Shown in pieces: positions 47,654-60,400 of a stretch of DNA of 64,000 nt. Origin of the DNA: a virus. Taxonomy: Duplodnaviria; Caudoviricetes. Numbering within the stretch: position 1 is the first letter of the stretch; each line of letters begins with the position of its first letter. Where the stretch lies: the IMG/VR virus record IMGVR_UViG_3300028591_000085, positions 64,001 to 128,000 of that record; one strand, given 5' to 3'. Made by a program: the position numbers and the translations under genes. The notes under the pieces are model-generated. The model was not told the origin of the DNA, searched no databases, and was given only the letters and a program-made list of their open reading frames with translations.

Positions 47654-50575
47654 ATGGATATTACATTGAATACTAATAGAAATTTTGATTTTGAATTAGA
47701 TGTTTTAAAGCATAAATATGGAGAAGCTTTTGAATATCTTAATGGATTTCATCCTACTCAATTAGATTTTTCTGAATTCATAAATGGATTTATTGATAAG
47801 ACCGTTGCAGATGCAACTATTGATGGAAATGCAAACGCATCTCATAAAGATGTAGTTTCATTAGACTCTGAAAAATGTAAGAGCGAAGATAAGTTATTTT
47901 GCTTTAGTAAAATATACTATGAACTTGAAAAAGCGTACGGGCTTGCCACTGCAAAAGAGTGGCTTGAATATGAATATAATGGAGGATTTTATCTTCATAA
48001 TGCCCCAACATCTACAAAAAAGCCCTATTGTTTTAGAGGAGACACTGAAATTTTAACTGATAAAGGTATCTTTACATTGGAGTCTTTAAACGGACAACAA
48101 ATAAAAGTATTAAATAAAAATCATGGGTGGGAAGATGCTGAAGTTAAATATTTCGGAAAAGATAAAATTTACAAATTAACATTAGAACGATATGGAAATA
48201 TAAAAGATATATATTGTACTGGCAATCATTTATGGTTTGTTAAAAATAAAGGAAAAAAACATAAATTATGTACTACAGATTTACAAAAAGGTGATAAAAT
48301 ACCGTTCAATACGTCTATTGTATGGCGTGCGGTAATACCTTCTCCTTTTGGTGTTGCTCATGGATTTTTTACGGGTGATGGATACAAATGTGACAAACCT
48401 AGAGCTAATTTTTGCGGCGAAAAAACTGCATTAATACCGTATTTCATACCAGGCTCCATTACAGGAAATGAAAGAGAATACACTTCTTTTAGTATACCTA
48501 AGTATTTTAATAATTTACCAAGTTTATCAGAAACACCGTCGTATTTATATGGATGGTTATCTGGATATTTTGCTGCAGATGGTTCTATTGATGAAAAAGG
48601 ACGTTGTGTAATAGCGTCAGTTCAAAGAGAAAATTTAGAGTTTGTTAGGAATGTACTTTGTGTTCTTGGAATGCCGGTAAATGAAATTCGAAGCCAAACG
48701 AGAATAAGTAATCTGACAAATGAAGAATCTACCATTTATATACTAACTTTATCTACCGAATATTTAAAAGACGATTTCTTTATATTACCTAAACATAAAC
48801 AGAGGTTTGAGGATTATATTGATAGAAATAATAGAAAAGATAGAAGCTGGAAAGTAGTTAGTGTAGAAGATACTGGAGAGATAGATGACGTATACTGTGC
48901 AGTTGCTGAAAAGACTCATTCGTTTACATTAAGTGGAAATGTTCTCACACACAATTGTTTCGCTTACGACCTGACTAGACTTGCAACAGAAGGATTATTC
49001 TTCTTAGATAATTATAATAATAAACCTGCTGAGCATTTAACTACATTCTTCGATGATGTTATTGAATTTATTTCATTCTACTGTAATAGAAGTAGTGGTG
49101 CAGTAGGTCTTCCTAATGTATTAATATGGTCATTCTATTTTTGGAAAAAAGATGTATCAGATAATTACTATATCTTGAATCCTGAATATTATATAAGGCA
49201 GAATTTCCAAAAATTTATATATAGATTAAATCAACCTTTTATGAGAGTTGATCAAAGTGCTTTTGTAAACGTATCTATTTTTGATAGAAACTATATAGAA
49301 GCATTATTTGGTGGTGTAGTTTATCCCGATGGTTCAATGGTAATAGACTACGTTGATGAGATAATTGAACACCAAAAAATATTCATGGAAGTAGTATCTA
49401 AAATAAGAGAAGAAAATATGTTTACATTCCCTGTATTAACATATTCACTTCTTTATCAGAATGATAAATTTGTAGATGAAGAATTTGCTAGATGGTGTTC
49501 AGACCATAATATGAAATGGAATGACAGCAATTTCTTCGTATCAGATAATGTTGGGGTATTATCAAATTGCTGTAGATTATTAAGCGATACTACTAAACTT
49601 GACGCTTTTATTAATTCAATTGGTGGGACTGCATTATCAATAGGAAGTGTTCAAGTTAATACTATTAATCTTATGCATATATTTTATGAAACTGCTGAAC
49701 TCGCTGATCATGATGGTTTTATCCAAACCGGCATGAATGATAACATTGAGGATGTTCCTAAACATATTATGGAATCAATATATATAAAGAAATTAACAAA
49801 AGCTACACAATTATGTTGTAAAGTACTTGATGTTATACGACATATTATATTTAGAAATATACAAAAAGGATTACTTGCATCAGTATATACTGATGGTGGA
49901 ATTGAAATGGAAAAACAGTATTGTACAGTTGGTATGCTTGGATTATATGAAGTAATTGAAGCATTTGGATATACACAAGTTGATGATTTTGGTAATATTT
50001 CATATACCGATGATGGTATTAGATTTGCAGAAAAGATATTCGAAACTATTAATAATATTAAGGATAATTTTACGCATGACTATTCATTTAACTTAGAATC
50101 AGTACCTGCTGAACGTGCGGCAGTTATTCTGTGTTCTAAAGACAATTATTTATATAATAAGAAAGATAAATTCATTTATTCTAATCAATGGATACCGCTT
50201 ACTGCTAAATGTACTATTGATGAGAAATTAAGACTATCGTCACTTCTCGATAAGAAGTGTGGTGGTGGAGCTATTGCTCATATTAATATCGAAGCTAACT
50301 TCCCGAATGAAGAAGTTGCTTGGGAAATGTTGAATGAAACTGCTAGGCGTGGAGTTATTTATTTTGCATGGAATACTCGAATAAATGTGTGTGAGAATAG
50401 ACATGCATTTTTAAAATCAAATACTTGCCCGCATTGCGGTAAACCCGTATATGATACATACCAAAGAATTGTAGGATTCTTGGTTCCTTCTAAAGCATAT
50501 AGCAAAGAAAGATTCATGGAATTTTCTGCAAGAAAATGGTATTCATATGCGCAGATGAAAGGTGAAATTTTATAA
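47654..50575 (+). CDS. nrdD: Anaerobic (class III) ribonucleotide reductase with intein
   Basis: PYC/FAY, finger loop SNCCRL, ESVPAE, Zn site C..H..CPHCG, glycyl-radical motif RIVGFL. Confidence 0.93.
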   Translation: MDITLNTNRNFDFELDVLKHKYGEAFEYLNGFHPTQLDFSEFINGFIDKTVADATIDGNANASHKDVVSLDSEKCKSEDKLFCFSKIYYELEKAYGLATAKEWLEYEYNGGFYLHNAPTSTKKPYCFRGDTEILTDKGIFTLESLNGQQIKVLNKNHGWEDAEVKYFGKDKIYKLTLERYGNIKDIYCTGNHLWFVKNKGKKHKLCTTDLQKGDKIPFNTSIVWRAVIPSPFGVAHGFFTGDGYKCDKPRANFCGEKTALIPYFIPGSITGNEREYTSFSIPKYFNNLPSLSETPSYLYGWLSGYFAADGSIDEKGRCVIASVQRENLEFVRNVLCVLGMPVNEIRSQTRISNLTNEESTIYILTLSTEYLKDDFFILPKHKQRFEDYIDRNNRKDRSWKVVSVEDTGEIDDVYCAVAEKTHSFTLSGNVLTHNCFAYDLTRLATEGLFFLDNYNNKPAEHLTTFFDDVIEFISFYCNRSSGAVGLPNVLIWSFYFWKKDVSDNYYILNPEYYIRQNFQKFIYRLNQPFMRVDQSAFVNVSIFDRNYIEALFGGVVYPDGSMVIDYVDEIIEHQKIFMEVVSKIREENMFTFPVLTYSLLYQNDKFVDEEFARWCSDHNMKWNDSNFFVSDNVGVLSNCCRLLSDTTKLDAFINSIGGTALSIGSVQVNTINLMHIFYETAELADHDGFIQTGMNDNIEDVPKHIMESIYIKKLTKATQLCCKVLDVIRHIIFRNIQKGLLASVYTDGGIEMEKQYCTVGMLGLYEVIEAFGYTQVDDFGNISYTDDGIRFAEKIFETINNIKDNFTHDYSFNLESVPAERAAVILCSKDNYLYNKKDKFIYSNQWIPLTAKCTIDEKLRLSSLLDKKCGGGAIAHINIEANFPNEEVAWEMLNETARRGVIYFAWNTRINVCENRHAFLKSNTCPHCGKPVYDTYQRIVGFLVPSKAYSKERFMEFSARKWYSYAQMKGEIL
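48029..48955 (+). mobile_element. Intein (309 aa) with LAGLIDADG homing endonuclease
   Basis: Starts CFRGDTEIL, block B CTGNHLW, GFFTGDG and LSGYFAADGS, ends VLTHN before Cys+1. Confidence 0.93.
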
Positions 50576-51066
50576 TGGAAATACGTACTTTAATAGACGA
50601 GGACTTCGTTAATTACAAGAAGCCTTCAATGTTTATAGGAGTTGGTACTTGTAATTGGAAGTGCTGTAAAGAAGCTGGAATTCCTATTGAAACATGTCAG
50701 AATTCAGAGCTTGCTTCTGCACCAATAAAAAATTTTAGTAACGCATTTTTATACAATAGATATATTAATAATTCAATAAGTAAGGCTATTGTAATAGGAG
50801 GACTTGAACCATTTTCATGTTTTTATCAAGTTTTATCTTTCATTGATTATTTTAGAGGATGTAACTGTGAAGATGACATTGTAATTTATACAGGTTATTA
50901 TCCTGATGAAATTGAAAAATCAAAAATTGAATCGTTGAAAAAATATAATAATATAATTATTAAATTTGGAAGATATAAGCCTAATAGTGAGCAAAAATTT
51001 GATTCTGTATTAGGTGTAAATTTAGCAAGTGAAAATCAATATGCAATTGAAATTTCAAAATTATAA
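50575..51066 (+). CDS. nrdG: Anaerobic RNR activase (radical SAM)
   Basis: CNWKCC..CQN, GGLEP, VIYTGY, KFGRY, LASENQ. Confidence 0.88.
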   Translation: MEIRTLIDEDFVNYKKPSMFIGVGTCNWKCCKEAGIPIETCQNSELASAPIKNFSNAFLYNRYINNSISKAIVIGGLEPFSCFYQVLSFIDYFRGCNCEDDIVIYTGYYPDEIEKSKIESLKKYNNIIIKFGRYKPNSEQKFDSVLGVNLASENQYAIEISKL

Positions 51067-51110
51067 TACAATATATTAATTATGTCCTTTCATTTACATT
51101 TCCTGATCGG

Positions 51111-51158
51111 ACAGGGAACTGGAATACTTTTAATTTAGTATTCCAGTTCCCTGTTTTT
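51111..51158 (+). terminator. Intrinsic terminator
   Basis: ACAGGGAACTGGAATACT...AGTATTCCAGTTCCCTGTTTTT. Confidence 0.9.
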
Positions 51159-51209
51159 CTTTATTGGGAAACATTGTTTTAATTATGATATAGAAAGGAG
51201 TATAGAAAT

Positions 51210-53330
51210 ATGGCTGTTACATCTTATATAAATCAAACCCATGTAATTGATTCTATATCTAATTTAACTTCATCATTAGGTCATGATGGTGATATTTGTT
51301 TTTATATACCTGAAGTTGCCGGAAATATTAGAGGGTTATATTTTAAATTAAAAGGTGCCTGGAATGAGGTAATGATAGAAAATGGTATAAAAACATTTAC
51401 TGGACTTGCAGTAAATGCCACATATGCTGAAAGACTGGATAACATCAATGCCGCTATAAACGCCCATTCTTCTGAAATAACAGATATATTATCGACTATA
51501 AATTACGACGAATCACGTATTAATTTGAATAGTGATCAAATTACTCAACTAAATACAAGACTTACAACAATTCTTGCTGAAATAAATACGGCAATTCAAG
51601 GTGTTGGTAAGTCTGAGTATGGAAATGATGTTACATATACACAACCTGATACCAATGAGAGTGTAACTGTTAATGTAGGTAATGGTGCTGAAATATATAA
51701 TATTCAGGAATCTCCTACATATAGAAATATTGCAGTGAATGAATTTTCTCATGCTGAAGGAAAGAAGACAATTGGTGAAGGAACTGCTAGCCACGCAGAA
51801 GGTGTATATACATATGCTAAAGGAACTGCTAGCCACGCAGAAGGTAATGAAACAATGGCTACTGCAGCACAATCTCATGCTGAAGGTAGTTCTACTCAAG
51901 CTAAAGGTATTAATTCTCATGCTGAAGGCTCAACTAACCAATCTAAGGCTATTAATTCACATACCGAAGGTGTATATAATATAATTGACACTGATGGTCA
52001 TAATGCTCATGCTGAAGGTTCTCAGAATACAGTAAATTCTACAAATGGTCATGCTGAGGGTGGTTCTAATAATGTTACCGGAGATAATGCTCATGCTGAA
52101 GGTTCTTCAAACCGAGCAATAAACACTTCAGCTCACACTGAAGGTTCGTATAACAAATCAGATGGGACCTCATCACATACAGAAGGAACTTTAAACGAAG
52201 CTACTAATAATGCTTCCCATGCTGAGGGAAAAAATACCAGATCTCAAGCTGAGGCATCACACTCTGAAGGAATTAATTCAATCGCATCAGCTTCTGCAGC
52301 TCATGCTGAAGGTAACACCACCACTGCATCCGGAGTAAATTCACATTCATCTGGAGCTAATACTGTTGCAAGTGGTGTAGGTTCATTTGCAGAAGGCTCA
52401 TATACAACCGCAGCTGCTGATTATTCTCATGCTGCAGGTTTATATACAAGAACTAAAGATAACTATTCATTTGTAATAGGTAAATATAATGATTATTCAA
52501 TATTAGCATCTACATTATTTATGGTAGGTAATGGTACTGATGATGATCATAGAAGTAATGCATTATATCTAACATCAAATGGTGAATTACACGTTTCATC
52601 TGATATTGTTGTAAATGGTGTATCGTTTAATTCGTTAAATATAGATACTACATTTTTTGGTTCGCAAGCAGAATATGAACAGGCTGTTTCAAATAATCAA
52701 ATAGGTGATAACGCTACTGTAATTAAATATGATACATCTGTAATCGCAAATTCAATGAACCTTATCACATCTGGTGCTGTATATACAGCTGTGAATAATG
52801 TATCAAATTCAATACCTGTTAATTATTTAGTATCAGTTACTAAAAATTTGCAAAATAATACATATACATTCACACCGTCTGTTGGAGAAGCTGTTACTAT
52901 TGAAGCATCGGCAGGTATTAGTGGCGGGTATTTAAAATCAGCAGCATTAGATAGTGATGCTTCACATTATATGTATACATTCACACGTGATGATACGACT
53001 GAGTTTACTATAACTGTAGATAAAAGCGTCACTGAGAATTCAACAAATCTGGTTACATCAGATGCTGTATATCAAGCAATTGATTCACTGGGTTCTGGTG
53101 GCAGTCCTGTATTTTTTGGAACGGAAGCTCAATATGCAATTGCTGAAAATAATAGTGAAATTAGACCTGAAACGGTTGTTATCAAATACGATAATAATGT
53201 GACTGAACGGAGCAATAATTTAGTCACATCTGGTGCAGTTTATGATGCTATAAATTTAGCAATGCCGTCATTAATACATTCGTTTACACAAGCTGAAATA
53301 ACGTCAGATATTAATGAAATTTGGGAATAA
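51210..53330 (+). CDS. Tail fibre / adhesin with YadA-head-like SHAEG repeats
   Basis: About 17 ~14-aa (S/A)HAEG repeats; LFMVGNG..RSNAL; three NLVTSGAVY-type repeats; late promoter at 51170. Confidence 0.8.
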   Translation: MAVTSYINQTHVIDSISNLTSSLGHDGDICFYIPEVAGNIRGLYFKLKGAWNEVMIENGIKTFTGLAVNATYAERLDNINAAINAHSSEITDILSTINYDESRINLNSDQITQLNTRLTTILAEINTAIQGVGKSEYGNDVTYTQPDTNESVTVNVGNGAEIYNIQESPTYRNIAVNEFSHAEGKKTIGEGTASHAEGVYTYAKGTASHAEGNETMATAAQSHAEGSSTQAKGINSHAEGSTNQSKAINSHTEGVYNIIDTDGHNAHAEGSQNTVNSTNGHAEGGSNNVTGDNAHAEGSSNRAINTSAHTEGSYNKSDGTSSHTEGTLNEATNNASHAEGKNTRSQAEASHSEGINSIASASAAHAEGNTTTASGVNSHSSGANTVASGVGSFAEGSYTTAAADYSHAAGLYTRTKDNYSFVIGKYNDYSILASTLFMVGNGTDDDHRSNALYLTSNGELHVSSDIVVNGVSFNSLNIDTTFFGSQAEYEQAVSNNQIGDNATVIKYDTSVIANSMNLITSGAVYTAVNNVSNSIPVNYLVSVTKNLQNNTYTFTPSVGEAVTIEASAGISGGYLKSAALDSDASHYMYTFTRDDTTEFTITVDKSVTENSTNLVTSDAVYQAIDSLGSGGSPVFFGTEAQYAIAENNSEIRPETVVIKYDNNVTERSNNLVTSGAVYDAINLAMPSLIHSFTQAEITSDINEIWE

Positions 53331-53343
53331 GGAGATGATATAA

Positions 53344-54435
53344 ATGGCAGTAATAAACACATCTCTTGGATGGAAATGTGATGAAGCATTCATAATATCT
53401 GATGCTGATAGAAAATTAGCGTCTATAGGGGTTTCATCACCAGTAACTAAAAAAAATAGTGGTGACGCTATAGGATGTCAGATAATTCTTAGTAATGGTG
53501 ACATGGGACCTGTTTTAATATCCACAGTTGAAGATAATGTTATTATCGATGGATATTCTTCCAGTACCGTATATACTATTACAATATTTGGTAAAGTATG
53601 GTACATTCAACAACCCGAAACATGGGATTCTACTGGGACATATTATATACCAAGTTTAACTTTATCATATTGCAATGATATTGATGCATATCTATCGAGT
53701 GACTCTAACAGAGCTCGCATTGTGAGAGATATTTTAACAGCAGCAATGTATGAATCTCCTAGAGATGCACGATATACTGTTCTAAATCCAAATATACCAT
53801 CAATAGCAGCTGACAGTTCTTACATTGTATCCTCACCGAATAGAATACTGTCAACCCATTCAGGTTCATTTCAAAAAACATATGATGGGAATGCTATAGC
53901 TATTGAATATAAATATAATGATACATATGCTCCACTGCTTATATCAAATATAAGTGAAAATTGTGTTAAATTTACAAATAACGAAACTACTGTATATACA
54001 ATTATAATTTCAGGAATAACGTGGTATATGTCAACATCTGAATATAGAAATAATGTTCCTGATCCAGATAGAAGTATTCCTATTTATGAAGGAAATTATG
54101 ATATAACAACATCAGAAGGTAGATTAGACCTTTTAAATTATATGATATCACATATAACCATAAATAAAGAATTGACAGATATTCCGTCAATTGCTTACTT
54201 TAAATCATATACTAAAGCTTTATTTAAAGCAAATAACCAAAGGATTCGTCAATTAATTCATGATGATATGCAATCTCTCGTATTTATTGGACCTGCTGAT
54301 GAATTTGAATCTGCAAAACTTGCAGGAACTGTAAATGCTAATACTGTAGCAATTATAACAGATCGTGATTCATATGATATAACTGAATTAGTTGATAAAC
54401 TTGACGAGATTCTTGATCAACTTAATAATGGATAA
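53344..54435 (+). CDS. Tail fibre-associated protein with internal duplication
   Basis: Two K..(S/D)G(D/N)AI..P(V/L)LIS..TVYTI.I.G..WY units. Confidence 0.6.
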   Translation: MAVINTSLGWKCDEAFIISDADRKLASIGVSSPVTKKNSGDAIGCQIILSNGDMGPVLISTVEDNVIIDGYSSSTVYTITIFGKVWYIQQPETWDSTGTYYIPSLTLSYCNDIDAYLSSDSNRARIVRDILTAAMYESPRDARYTVLNPNIPSIAADSSYIVSSPNRILSTHSGSFQKTYDGNAIAIEYKYNDTYAPLLISNISENCVKFTNNETTVYTIIISGITWYMSTSEYRNNVPDPDRSIPIYEGNYDITTSEGRLDLLNYMISHITINKELTDIPSIAYFKSYTKALFKANNQRIRQLIHDDMQSLVFIGPADEFESAKLAGTVNANTVAIITDRDSYDITELVDKLDEILDQLNNG

Positions 54436-54453
54436 GATTGAGGGTGATATTAA

Positions 54454-57400
54454 ATGAGTATAAATAGTATATATTCAAAATTATCAACTTTAGTTGAAAC
54501 AAAAAGATTATTGCGCCAAGCAATAATTGATAAAGGTGTACCAGTAAAAAAAGATAGGGATACGTTTAGAGATTACGTTACTAAAATAAATAATATTGTG
54601 CAAGAAAGTCCTCATGGAAAAAATGCACCTTATATAGATGACTCATTAGTTTTTTGCGAAGACTATTCTGAAATACAAGCATCTAAATTAGATCTTGTGA
54701 GTGATTCTTCTATATTAGATATGGAGTGTCCTTTCACAGTAGAATTATCTTTCGTTTTAGATAGCAGTGTTGAACTTACTCAAAGCTTTGAAACGTTTAT
54801 TGATTTCAGTTTTGTAAGAATAGGCACTCAAAGAGTTAGCGATCAACAATTATATTTAATGTATGGCGAGCATCTTCCATCAGATCCGTCATTCTGGAGT
54901 TATACAATGTGGTTAACTGATAATAGTAATCCTACAAGTGATTGTATTTTACCAAAAGACCAGGTTGTTACTATAACTTGTGTGAGATATTCAGACCATG
55001 CTCTTATTTATAAAAATGGAGAATTAATTATTACCAGTGAAGAAAGTTTTACAGAACTTTTCGATACTGCATTTAGTATATATAGACCTTTTGATACAGA
55101 TGCTGCGGGGTACCATTCAGTGATTAATACTACAATAAATAATGTTAGAATATATAATAAAGCTCTTAATGAAAATGAGATTTATTATAATTATAGTATT
55201 GATTTATTAAATAATGGAAATACGCAGTATCTCAATACCAATCATATAAAGAGTGGATTAGTATATGGGATAAATCCAATCCTCCCGTTAACGGGCATTA
55301 ATTCACATGATGATATATCTAATTATAATAATCATTTTGATAATTTATCTATACCAATATCTCTTCAAAATGGGTTTACTATTGAATGGAGAGGGTCTAT
55401 CTCAGATATTATGTCAAATGATAATGAACCGTATGATTATACTGGTAGATTATTTACATTTAAAAATTCAAATGGAACTGATACATTTGAAGTATGTGCT
55501 ACTATAGATTCAGAAGATACTGATATATTTGATATAGGTTTTAAAGCATCTGATGAATATTTAATAGATTCTGAAGATTGGTTAGAAGTATTTTCAGACA
55601 CATTACCATCAATTAAGTTTAGCTCAGATTTTACATTAAGTATTACTGTAAGTAGTACAGCAGTTAATGTATATATTAATGGCGTTCTTGAAGCTTCATC
55701 TAGCACATATCAAAATGAGTTTACAAATGCAAACTTATGGAAGATTTTATATTTATTTACAAATTCATTAGAGTCTCCCCTTCAGGGTACTGACGGATTC
55801 TTATATTCTTTAAGAATATATAATAGAGTTTTAAATGAATATGAAATTAATTATAACTATAAGGTTGATACAAGAAGTGATATAAAAAATCCTGATCCCT
55901 TATATGGAAAAGCTATATTAGGTGAATTAGGAAACATGACTCTTAATGCATCGGGTGTAATCATTCCTAAAGCATTTGATTGTTCAAAACCGTTTGAAAT
56001 CGTTTCATGCTTTAAAATGAAATCTGATGAAAGTGAAAACGATAAAAAATTTGCATTATTTGGTTCATCTGACGTATCAAACTATTCCGCATATCCTAGT
56101 ATTGAAATTCGTCCTTATACTAATAAACTGTGGGTAGGGGTATCTATAAATCCTAATAACTGGACATACACCCAAGAGGTTGATTTATCAGATATTCCTA
56201 TAGTATATGATAATAATGTATTAAATTGGATAAAGATGGATTATGACGGTGATAAGATCTATCTTTCACATAGTATAGATTGTTTATCATGGACACGTTT
56301 CCATACTATAACAGGTATAGTTCCGTATAATCCTGTGACAAATGATTATACTCTTATTTTTGGTGCCAAATTACAAAATTCAGATTTGACATATACTTAC
56401 AAGAGTGATGGTGAAACCTCATTTAGCTTTATGAATAGCTGGGTGAAAAGCTGTAATAAAACTATTTGGGGTAGAGAAATAATGGGACAAGAACTCTATA
56501 CCAATAATAGTACGGTTCTTGTTCCTAATGGTGATGTTAGATATAACGCAGGGTCATTTATAGCATATTCTAATTTAGATATGTCAGATGATTTTGAAGT
56601 TGTTGTATGCCTCGCTATAGATAAAACTGCAATGACTAGCAGTCAGACGTATTATTTAGCTGGAGGTATAACTAGCAGCACTTCTAATTTCAGAATATAT
56701 GCAACTTATTACAATATTGGCTATCAAATATTCTATGGAACTCATACAGTTGCAGAAGATGATGTTTCATGGGAAGATACTGTTAGCAATTTTATATATA
56801 ATGAGGGTGTACAAAATTTCTTAAAGCTTAAAAAACGTGATGGAAAAGTTTCATTCTATCATAGTTTAGATGCAATCAATTGGTCACTTCTTAACGAAGT
56901 TGAAATTGACTCTGAAACATTTACAAATTTACAGGACGATGGTATTCGTTTTGGTAATGCTGGTTCGGATACTTCTACCGCACTTCCTATGACAGATACA
57001 TCATTCATTAATTTACATAATAGCTATGTTAAAGTTAATGGTGAAATTGTATGGGGTAGAGAAATTCGTGAAAAAGCACAAGTGTATGCTCCTGAAATAA
57101 AGAGGGAAACTGTACTGTATCAACCTAATATAGATACATATGACCCTATTGGTAGTTATACACCTATTGATAATTTAGGAGAAGGTAATTGTGTTATTCC
57201 TATTTCTGATATAGGAAAATACCAGAACTATCTAACTTTCAATAAAGTATATAATTCTAAATTAGTAATTCCTGTGAATCCATTTGCATATGATATAACT
57301 AATTTGTCATTCACTATTAATTTCCCATCACCTCGTAATAATGGGTGGAATTCTATATTAGGATTTAATGCTAAAAAAATGTATGTAAATGTATCGGATG

Positions 57401-60400
57401 ATGACATGTTATCTGAAAATTTCATATATCTTTCGTTAGTTACTACTGACAATGTATCAGATGATGATAAATCACTAAGATTATCTGTTGGTAATGTCAA
57501 TGAAATAATTAGAACGAATAATGAATTAGTATATAAGACAACACATGATGGAAGTTCCAACTATAATAATAGTCCATCGGTAGCTCAGATATTTTTCAAT
57601 AAAACTGAATTCCCCTTATCAGGATGGAATAGTGATAAAAAAATTGATTTTATATTTAATAATATTCATAATACATTAACTGTGATGATTAATAATATCG
57701 AGGCTGTCGTACTTGAATTTAATAATACAATACCTTATCAATTTTTACCTATCAGTGCTACATTTGGATTTTTTGATGACGGAAGAGTAAACTCTCCGAG
57801 TACAATATCTATGTATATGAAAGATATTGTATGTAAAATTGAAGGTTCTGTTGTAATGATCAAACCATTAACCGTAACAAAAAATATTAAGGAAAATGGA
57901 GTATATATGGCTACAGATGATAATGCGGATGGGTATTCCAGTGTTACGGTCAACGTGCCGCAGAGGGCGGCAGCGGCGGGTGGATTAACCATTTTGAACA
58001 ATGCATTAAAACTCTCTTCGACAATAGACAGCGCCGATCCATTTGAGGTTGTGATGTGTGTGCGGATAGACCCGGATGATATACCGACCTTGCCAGCATA
58101 TAAATGGATTGCCTCGTGCTTTGAGGGAGTGCGTCAGGCATTTTATTTGCAGATGTACAAAAAAGATGGACATATTATCGTAAATACAACGTTTTGGTGG
58201 GGAACGCATACGGAGACAGAAGGAAACTATTATGAAATCTTTTTGAATACCGCCGAAGATGTACTCAACTGTGACGGGGAAGCATGGAATTATCTCAAAG
58301 TCGTCAAGACTACCGATTTAAAGTATCAGCTTTGGTATTCTACTGATGGCACGGCGTACACGCTTGCGGACGAAACACAGCTGCCGAACAACATGACGAA
58401 TCTGTACACGTTTACGCCGATCATTCCTGCGCCATCAGAAATAGTAAGCGAGCGCAGATGGGATTTACAAGATATTTGTCTGCCGAACTGTTATTTTAAG
58501 TATAACGGCACGGTCGTTTGGGGCAGAGAAATAGGATACGAAAATATAAATACTAATGAATACGCATTACCTAAATCAGATATAACTATTTTAAAATCTA
58601 TAAAGAGTACTGGTAATAGTGTCATACCTACAAATATAATTCCAGATTACGATTGGTCTGTATTCTTAGATGCTAAATTTGAAAACCCACATTCGACGTG
58701 TGATGTTGATATAGTATTTGGAATTTTAAGAAGTGATGAGCATTTCCTCATAGCAATGCAACAAGGACCTGGATGGGCTTCGTATACTGCTATATCAGGA
58801 TATACTGCACAAAGTGGAGATGCATATTCAATCGGAGATGCAACGTCGATTACTAGAAATCTGGGGATACGTCAATGTTGTATTATGAGAAGAGGTACTA
58901 ATAAAAAATGCTCATTTGGAGATTTATCATTCGAGATGACTGTAAAAACTACTGATAGTGTACCGTATAAGCCCATAACGATCATGGGTACAATTGATGA
59001 ATCAACTGAAACTTTAAATCCATATGATCATTATGATGCAACATTATATGGTATACAAATTATGGATGCTTCAGATAAACTTATTCATAATTTTGTACCC
59101 GCATTAAGTAACATAAGCAAAAGAACGGGAATGTATGATTTAATTACTGAAACATTCTATCAGTCTGATAAGAATTTTGATGATTTTGAAATAGAATATA
59201 TAAATGATGAATCAAATAATAATTATTATGATAATATTGTAGCACCTGTTACTTTCCTTAAATCTGTTAAATCTGTAGGAAATAGTGTCGTACAGACGGA
59301 TATAGCTCTTGACTTTGACTGGGAAGTTCATATGTCAGTAATGTTTAGCGGTACAAGAAAGTCTACATCACCAACTTATAGTTTCTTTGGTGTGGGTGGA
59401 TCAGATCCTTGGTTTACAGCAGAATCTGTAGACGGTACATCAGTTGCTTTTTATATAGGATTTGATAATAATAGCAACCCCGCAGTAACTTTCAACGGAA
59501 TAGAACCAAATACAATTATACCAATCGTCGCTCGTCGTAATGGTGATTGTATATGTGGAATTGAGTATGATTCAATAAGCGATTCGGTAACTGGAAATCC
59601 TCATTCATTTGGTGCAGCATTTTTTGGTGTATCAACTGATAGTTCAACTGTATTACCTTTTGCTTATTATGATATGACAATATATAATGTCGATATAGTA
59701 GATTCAACGGGTTCCATTATTCATAAACTAGTTCCTGCGGAAAATAATGTCGGTCGTGGTGGATTATTTGATTTGGTTACTAATAAATTCTATCCAGCTG
59801 ATAATAGATATGATGATTTAATAAAAGAATACGGATCAAATGCGACTAGAAGTCCTTATAACGTATATAAGATTTTGAATCCCCGTGAATATAATCAAAA
59901 TGGAATAGTATTGTCATTATTTGATTTTACTAATAATGAAGATTATTATACGTATACTTTACCAATTGCATCATCTGAAGGTTTTACTTTCGAAATTAAT
60001 CTATCTTTCACTGCCTTTGAAAATAGATCAGGTATATGTACTGCTAAAGAACAACTGTTATTCGATTCAAGAAACGGTTCTAATAGTGACAGATATAGTA
60101 TAAGAATACGTTATGATAGTGAAGGTCAGTATGCTATACAGAATAATAAGAATTCTACATTTAACACTAGTACACGCTATGTTTCAGATAATGAAGTTCA
60201 TACATATACTTTAATGGTATGTGATAATGGTGATACTAAGGTATATGTTGATGGTGAGTTATGGGATACGATAAATAGTACTAACATTGGAGCATTATAC
60301 AGAGAATTTTACTTGTTTACATCTTATGACAAAGCAAACGGATGGACTTTTTATCCATCATACCGAACAGTTAATCGCCTCATGATTTATAACAGAGCTC

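Noticed and set aside
51742-52440. 42-bp periodic DNA repeats as a non-coding array
   Set aside because: They encode ordinary YadA-head-like HAEG repeats
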